The notes beneath the pieces were generated by a model. That model ran no database searches and was not told the DNA's origin. It saw nothing but the letters and a program-made list of their open reading frames with translations. Made by a program: the position numbers and the translations under genes. From an uncultured Acetobacteraceae bacterium (GTDB lineage Bacteria; Pseudomonadota; Alphaproteobacteria; Acetobacterales; Acetobacteraceae), in contig CAXUBN010000001.1 in the NCBI GenBank assembly GCA_964249255.1, positions 1 through 53,154 on the forward strand: a DNA stretch of 53,154 nt, read 5' to 3'. Below are positions 48,465-53,154 of the stretch, piece by piece (position 1 is the first letter of the stretch; each line of letters begins with the position of its first letter).

Positions 48465-49376
48465 ATGACGAGTCGGAAGGCGCGCATGACCCAGCAGATC
48501 CCCCTTGGGCCCGATGCGGTAATCGGTCGCAACACCGGCAGTGGGGTGATCGAGGTCACCCCTGACCTCGCCTTTCGCCGGCTCACGCTGGTCAACGTTG
48601 CGTTCTTCGGGCCGGTTGGAGCACCGGATCGAGGTTGGGTGTTGATCGATGCCGGGCTACCCGACTCCACCGCGGAGATCATGGCGGCGGCCAGCCATCG
48701 CTTCGGCGTGTTATCGCGGCCGTCGGCGATCATCCTGACGCACGGCCACTTCGACCATGTCGGAGCCGTCGCCGAGCTCGCCACCCGTTGGGATGTGCCG
48801 GTCTTCGCACATCCGCTGGAGCGGCCCTACCTCGACGGTCGTGCCGCCTACCCGCCGCCCGATCCCCATGTCGGTGGCGGCCTGATGTCGCTGGTATCGC
48901 GGCTGTATCCCCGTGAGCCGGTCGATGTCGGCGGTCGGCTAGAAATGCTGCCGACCGACGGCAGCCTGCCCGATATGCCAGGCTGGCGTTGGATCCACAC
49001 GCCCGGCCATTCGGTCGGTCACGTGTCGTTATGGCGTGAGACCGACCGCACCTTGTTGTCCGCCGATGCCGTCATCACCACCGCCCAGGAGTCTGCCTAC
49101 GCGGTGGCGCTTGCGCGAACTGAGCTGCATGGGCCGCCGAAGTACTTCACCCAGGACTGGCCCTCGGCTCGCCGCTCGGTCGAGCGGCTGGCGTCGCTTG
49201 ATCCGGAGATCCTGCTGAGCGGTCATGGTCTGGCCGTGCACGGCCAGGCGGTGCGCGACGCCCTGCACCGGCTGGCGCGGGACTTCGACAAGGTGGCACA
49301 CCCGGCCGATGCCCACTACCAATTGCATCCCGCTCGCGCCGAGGACGGCACGGCCTACGTTCCTCCGGAGACTTGA
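48465..49376 (+). CDS. MBL-fold metallo-hydrolase
   Basis: LIDAG, THGHFDH, HTPGHSVGH, AD, SGHG. Confidence 0.92.
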   Translation: MTSRKARMTQQIPLGPDAVIGRNTGSGVIEVTPDLAFRRLTLVNVAFFGPVGAPDRGWVLIDAGLPDSTAEIMAAASHRFGVLSRPSAIILTHGHFDHVGAVAELATRWDVPVFAHPLERPYLDGRAAYPPPDPHVGGGLMSLVSRLYPREPVDVGGRLEMLPTDGSLPDMPGWRWIHTPGHSVGHVSLWRETDRTLLSADAVITTAQESAYAVALARTELHGPPKYFTQDWPSARRSVERLASLDPEILLSGHGLAVHGQAVRDALHRLARDFDKVAHPADAHYQLHPARAEDGTAYVPPET

Positions 49377-49472
49377 CCTCCTCAACGATCGGCGCTCATG
49401 GACGCCGGCTGTGGCAGGACCCAGGCACAGGGTCCATCGGTCTCAGGATGATGCGCATCGCCCTCTACAGCC

Positions 49473-50795
49473 ATGCGGTATCCCCACGTGATTGAGCGTG
49501 ACGCCGTGCTACGGCGGGAGATCGGTGTGGTGGCACTTGCCGCCGCGGTGGTGAATGGTGTGGTCGGTGCCGGTATCTTCACGCTGCCATCGGCGATGGC
49601 ACAGGCCGCCGGCGGGCGGGCACCGCTCGCCTACCTCATCTGCGCGGTGGCGGTCGGGCTGGTGGTCTTGTGCTTCGCGGAGGCCGGCAGTCGAGTGCCG
49701 ACCAGCGGCGGGGTGTACGGCACCGTCGCATATGCCTTCGGACCACTCGCCGGCTTCGTCTGCGGCATGCTCACCTGGGTGGCCAGCGTGCTGGGCTGCG
49801 GGGGCGTCATCGGCGCATTTGCCGGCATCGTCGGCAGCGTCGTGCCGGCGCTGGCCGCCGGTTGGGGCCGCGCGCTGGTGGTCCTGCTCGCGGTCGGGTC
49901 CATCACCCTGGTCAACCTGCGCGGCGTAAGGGAGGCCGCCTGGATGGTTTCGGCCGCCACGCTGGTGAAGCTGGTGCCGCTGCTGTTGTTCGTGATGGCC
50001 GGCGCGGCGGTTCTTCTGTTCGGCACGGTACCGCGTCCGCCCACCCTGCCAACCCCGTCCAGCGGGCTGGCGGAGGCCGTCATCCTGGGCGTGTTCGCGT
50101 TCGCCGGCATGGAAACGCCGCTGGCGGCGAGCGGCGAGGTGCGCGACGGCCATCGCACGGTGCCGCGCGCCCTGATCGGTGCCATGGGCTTCGTGCTGGT
50201 GCTCTACGTCGCCGTCCAGCTGATCGCGCAGTCGCTGCTGGGTGCGGGCCTTGCCGGACAGACCGCGCCCCTGGCGGCCGCGGCGGCGCGGCTGGGGCCG
50301 GTGGCCCACGCGGTGCTGGTCGCCGGCGCCGCCCTGTCGATGCTGGGGTGGATCGGCAGCGACATCCTGGGGGCACCGCGGATCCTGTTCGCGTTTGCCC
50401 GCGATGGGCTGTTGCCGGCGATGCTCGGCCATGCCGGACGGCGCTCCCAGGCACCCGACCTCGCCATCCTTACCCATGCCGGCATCGCCGCGGCGCTGGC
50501 CTTGTCCGGCAGCTTCACCGGCCTGGTGATCGCCTCCACGTTGAATACCGCAGGGCTCTACTTCCTGGGCTGCGGTGCCGCCTGGATGCTGCATCGCCGC
50601 GACGTCCGCACGGTCGGCCAGCCGGCAAGCTTTGTGTTCCTGCCTGGTATCGCTCTGTGCGGGATGATCGCGATGACGATGCTGGTTTGCGTTGCACCGC
50701 GCAACGAGATCATTGGGCTGGTGTTGGTGGTGGCCGTCAGCGTCGCGCTGTATGGCGTCATGCGTCTTCTGGGGAAGCGCCGCCTGGCCGGCTGA
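49473..50795 (+). CDS. APC-family amino acid/polyamine permease
   Basis: VVGAGIFTLP, CFAEAGSRVPTSGG.Y, FAFAGME, GEVRD..RTVPRA, PRILFAFARDG. Confidence 0.9.
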   Translation: MRYPHVIERDAVLRREIGVVALAAAVVNGVVGAGIFTLPSAMAQAAGGRAPLAYLICAVAVGLVVLCFAEAGSRVPTSGGVYGTVAYAFGPLAGFVCGMLTWVASVLGCGGVIGAFAGIVGSVVPALAAGWGRALVVLLAVGSITLVNLRGVREAAWMVSAATLVKLVPLLLFVMAGAAVLLFGTVPRPPTLPTPSSGLAEAVILGVFAFAGMETPLAASGEVRDGHRTVPRALIGAMGFVLVLYVAVQLIAQSLLGAGLAGQTAPLAAAAARLGPVAHAVLVAGAALSMLGWIGSDILGAPRILFAFARDGLLPAMLGHAGRRSQAPDLAILTHAGIAAALALSGSFTGLVIASTLNTAGLYFLGCGAAWMLHRRDVRTVGQPASFVFLPGIALCGMIAMTMLVCVAPRNEIIGLVLVVAVSVALYGVMRLLGKRRLAG

Positions 50796-53154
50796 TCCGG
50801 CGCGACCCGGATTGAGGCCGCCACAGTATCCCATCGCGCAACTCGTCCGGACCCGTGACGGTCGTGGCCGTGCGTGCGTCGTGGTCGTAGGTCCATCGGT
50901 CCGGCTCTGACGGAGGCGGCACATCATGCAGGGTCAGCACGATCTCGTGCCACCAGGGCTGGAAGTTTCCCTCGGCCGCCATCTCCCGCAGCAGGAGATC
51001 GTCACCCTGCCGTTCGCCGTCGTAGCGGCAGCGCAGGAAGCCGCCGGTGCGATGGGCATGGCTGTTGCCGTCATCGATATAGACCGATCCCCGGCAGTGG
51101 TCGGCCGGGTAGACGTGCAGCTCGAGGGGACCCTGGGGGACCTCGGCGGTGCTCTGGATCAGGGCTTGACGCGGGATGATGGCGCCGGCGCGGACGTATA
51201 CCGGCATGGTGTCGTCAGATGGTGTCACGAATAGCAGCCGCAGTCCGGAACCGTCATCTCCGCCCTCGCGCAGGCGGCCCTCGACGGTGACGCGGGCCGG
51301 TTCGGCATCCACGACCAGGCGCCCGGTCCGGTGGTCGTACCAGTCGCCGGGGGGCAGCAGCACCGCGTAGGGGGCGGGAGACTCGCCATGCGGGGCCGGC
51401 GCCACCATCAGGTGGTCGCCCCACATGAACTGGGTCGGCGCCAGGTGGTCCAGGGGCCAGCCGTTTCCGGCGTCGGGGAACTCCAGGAACAGGGGCCGCA
51501 TCATCGGCAGGCCGGTCCGGGAGGCCGCCTCCGCCGCGGTGTAGATGTAGGGCAGCAGGCGGTAGCGGTCCTCGATCGCGGCGCGGCGCAGGGCCTCGTG
51601 CTCGGGGCCGTGCACCCAGGGCTCCTGCGGCGGCGTGTTCTTGTCGGTGTGGTCGCGGCTGATCGGGTTGAACATGCCGAGCTGCAGCCAGCGCGTCAGC
51701 AGCTCGGGCGACGGGGTGCCGGAGAAGCCGCCCAGGTCGACGCCGGCGAACGGCATCCCGGACAGGCCCAGGCTCAGCAGCATCGGCGTGCTCAGCCGCA
51801 GGTGGTTCCAGGTCGAGGTGTTGTCGCCGGTCCAGGTCACGGCGTGGCGCTGGGTGCCGGCACGGCCCGCCCGCGTCATCACGAACGGGCGCTGGTCGGG
51901 GCGCAGCCGCAGCAGACCGTCGTGGGTCGCGCGCGCGTTGAGGTGTCCGTACAGGTTGTGCGCCTCGGCCTGCGTGATCCGGCGCGGCGCGTGGCCCGGC
52001 TCCTCGACCCGGCCCCAGACGCCCGGCGGGATCGTGCGGGCGGGGGTGTCGAACACCGCCGGCTCGTTCATGTCGTCCCAGAAGCCGGCGGCGCCGGCGT
52101 CGCAGAACGTCCGGTAGAGCTCGCCCCACCAGTGCCGCGTCGCCGCCCGGGTGAAGTCCGGGAACAGGCAGGGGCCCGGCCAGACCGGCCCGACATAGTG
52201 GCTGCCGTCCGGGTTGCGCAGGAAATGGTCGCCCGCGATGCCCTCGTCATAAGGGGCGTAGCCGGCATCCGGACGCACCGGGACATGCATATCTGCGATC
52301 AGCACCGTGCGGAAGTCGCGGTCGCGCAGCCAGGCCAGCAGGCCGGGCAGGTCCGGGAAGCGGCGCCCGTCCACCGTGAAGGGCCGGTTGTCGTCCTGGT
52401 AGTCGATGTCGAGCCAGAGCACGTCGGCCGGGATGCGCCGGTCGCGGAAGGCGGTCGCCACCGCGCGCACCGCGTCCTCGTCCATGTAGCTGTAGCGCGA
52501 CTGCTGGAATCCGAACGCCCAGAGCGGCGGCAGCGGCGCCGGTCCGGTCAGCCAGGCATACCGGCGCAGCACGGCCTTCGGGTCGGGGCCGTGCAGGACG
52601 TAGTAGTCGAGCGGTCCGCCGGCGGCATCGATCCGCAGCTCGTCCGGCACCGATTGGCCGACGTCGAAGGCGGTGCGCCAGGTGGTGTCGAGCAGCAGCC
52701 CGTGCGCATGGCCGCGGCGCAGGCCGAGCAGGAACGGGATCGCCTTGTAGAGCGGGTCGGTGCCCTCCTCGTAGCCGAACGCGTCGGTGTTCCACAGCGT
52801 GTAGGCGTTGCCGCGGCGGTCGATCGGGCCGGCCTTGTCGCCGAGCCCGAACACCGCCTCGCCCGGCGGCAGGCGCCGGTGCAACGCGAAGCCGCCCCCC
52901 CGGAAAAAAGGTCCGACGCCCGGCTGGTCGCCCGACACCAAGCGGCCGTCCATGTCCCGGACCGATACCGCGCCGCTGCGGCGGGCGACCCGCACCCGCA
53001 GGACGGCGGTGTCAAACCCGACGACCCGCCCCGCCTGCACCGGCGTGACCGGCACCCGCGCCGCCCGCGCCTCCGGCAGCACCGCCCAGGAGCTGTCCTC
53101 GGGGAGCGTGGCGCCGGAGCCGCCGCGCACGCGGATCACCGCGTCATCCAGGGC
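50758..53154 (-). CDS. GH31 alpha-glucosidase/alpha-xylosidase-like (5' end outside window)
   Basis: GLGDK, DPLYKAIPF, GFQQSRYSY, WLDIDY, GFWDDMNEP (nucleophile), WTGDN (acid/base), RYRLLPYIYT. Confidence 0.95.
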   Translation of the reverse strand, partial: ALDDAVIRVRGGSGATLPEDSSWAVLPEARAARVPVTPVQAGRVVGFDTAVLRVRVARRSGAVSVRDMDGRLVSGDQPGVGPFFRGGGFALHRRLPPGEAVFGLGDKAGPIDRRGNAYTLWNTDAFGYEEGTDPLYKAIPFLLGLRRGHAHGLLLDTTWRTAFDVGQSVPDELRIDAAGGPLDYYVLHGPDPKAVLRRYAWLTGPAPLPPLWAFGFQQSRYSYMDEDAVRAVATAFRDRRIPADVLWLDIDYQDDNRPFTVDGRRFPDLPGLLAWLRDRDFRTVLIADMHVPVRPDAGYAPYDEGIAGDHFLRNPDGSHYVGPVWPGPCLFPDFTRAATRHWWGELYRTFCDAGAAGFWDDMNEPAVFDTPARTIPPGVWGRVEEPGHAPRRITQAEAHNLYGHLNARATHDGLLRLRPDQRPFVMTRAGRAGTQRHAVTWTGDNTSTWNHLRLSTPMLLSLGLSGMPFAGVDLGGFSGTPSPELLTRWLQLGMFNPISRDHTDKNTPPQEPWVHGPEHEALRRAAIEDRYRLLPYIYTAAEAASRTGLPMMRPLFLEFPDAGNGWPLDHLAPTQFMWGDHLMVAPAPHGESPAPYAVLLPPGDWYDHRTGRLVVDAEPARVTVEGRLREGGDDGSGLRLLFVTPSDDTMPVYVRAGAIIPRQALIQSTAEVPQGPLELHVYPADHCRGSVYIDDGNSHAHRTGGFLRCRYDGERQGDDLLLREMAAEGNFQPWWHEIVLTLHDVPPPSEPDRWTYDHDARTATTVTGPDELRDGILWRPQSGSRRISRPGGASPEDA

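Noticed and set aside
48465-49376. Metallo-beta-lactamase resistance gene
   Set aside because: HxHxDH motif of general MBL-fold hydrolases and no signal peptide
1-53154. CRISPR arrays, tRNA/rRNA genes, prophage or integrase genes
   Set aside because: No regularly spaced repeats, RNA-gene signatures or phage/integrase motifs were recognised by eye

Overview
High-GC bacterial chromosomal window; gene content and an intergenic double-hairpin repeat suggest an alphaproteobacterium, possibly Acetobacteraceae-like (inference). 1-17 kb holds accessory metabolic genes: CopD (cut by window start), an SDR, an amber-interrupted VOC gene, an atypical class A beta-lactamase-like protein, an AKR/TetR pair, an aspartyl-protease relic, a GNAT, an S53 sedolisin, an acyltransferase-3, a methylcitrate locus (ScfR-family regulator with prpD-prpC-prpB) and a secreted MetX-like hydrolase. 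17-23 kb carries the nickel-pincer nucleotide (NPN) biosynthesis genes larC-larE-larB with no larA in the window, flanked by two paralogous atypical aldo-keto reductases, one with a Tat signal; these are candidate NPN client enzymes. 23-46 kb is a lower-GC Wzx/Wzy exopolysaccharide locus with succinoglycan-type genes (ExoL/ExoA-like GTs, Wzx, Wza, WcaJ-like priming GT, GT2-GT4 fusion, kinase-degenerate Wzc, Wzy). Inside its first operon sits a cassette of carrier protein, acyl-CoA dehydrogenase, seryl-tRNA-synthetase-like amino acid:carrier protein ligase, DUF1839-like protein, GH2 and double alpha/beta hydrolase, a candidate system for decorating the polysaccharide with an amino-acid-derived acyl group. 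Two decayed IS5-family elements split the locus. 46-53 kb has two APC permeases, a basic protein, an MBL-fold hydrolase and a GH31 (cut by window end). No rRNA, tRNA or CRISPR array was seen. All family calls come from motif recognition by eye; no database searches were run.
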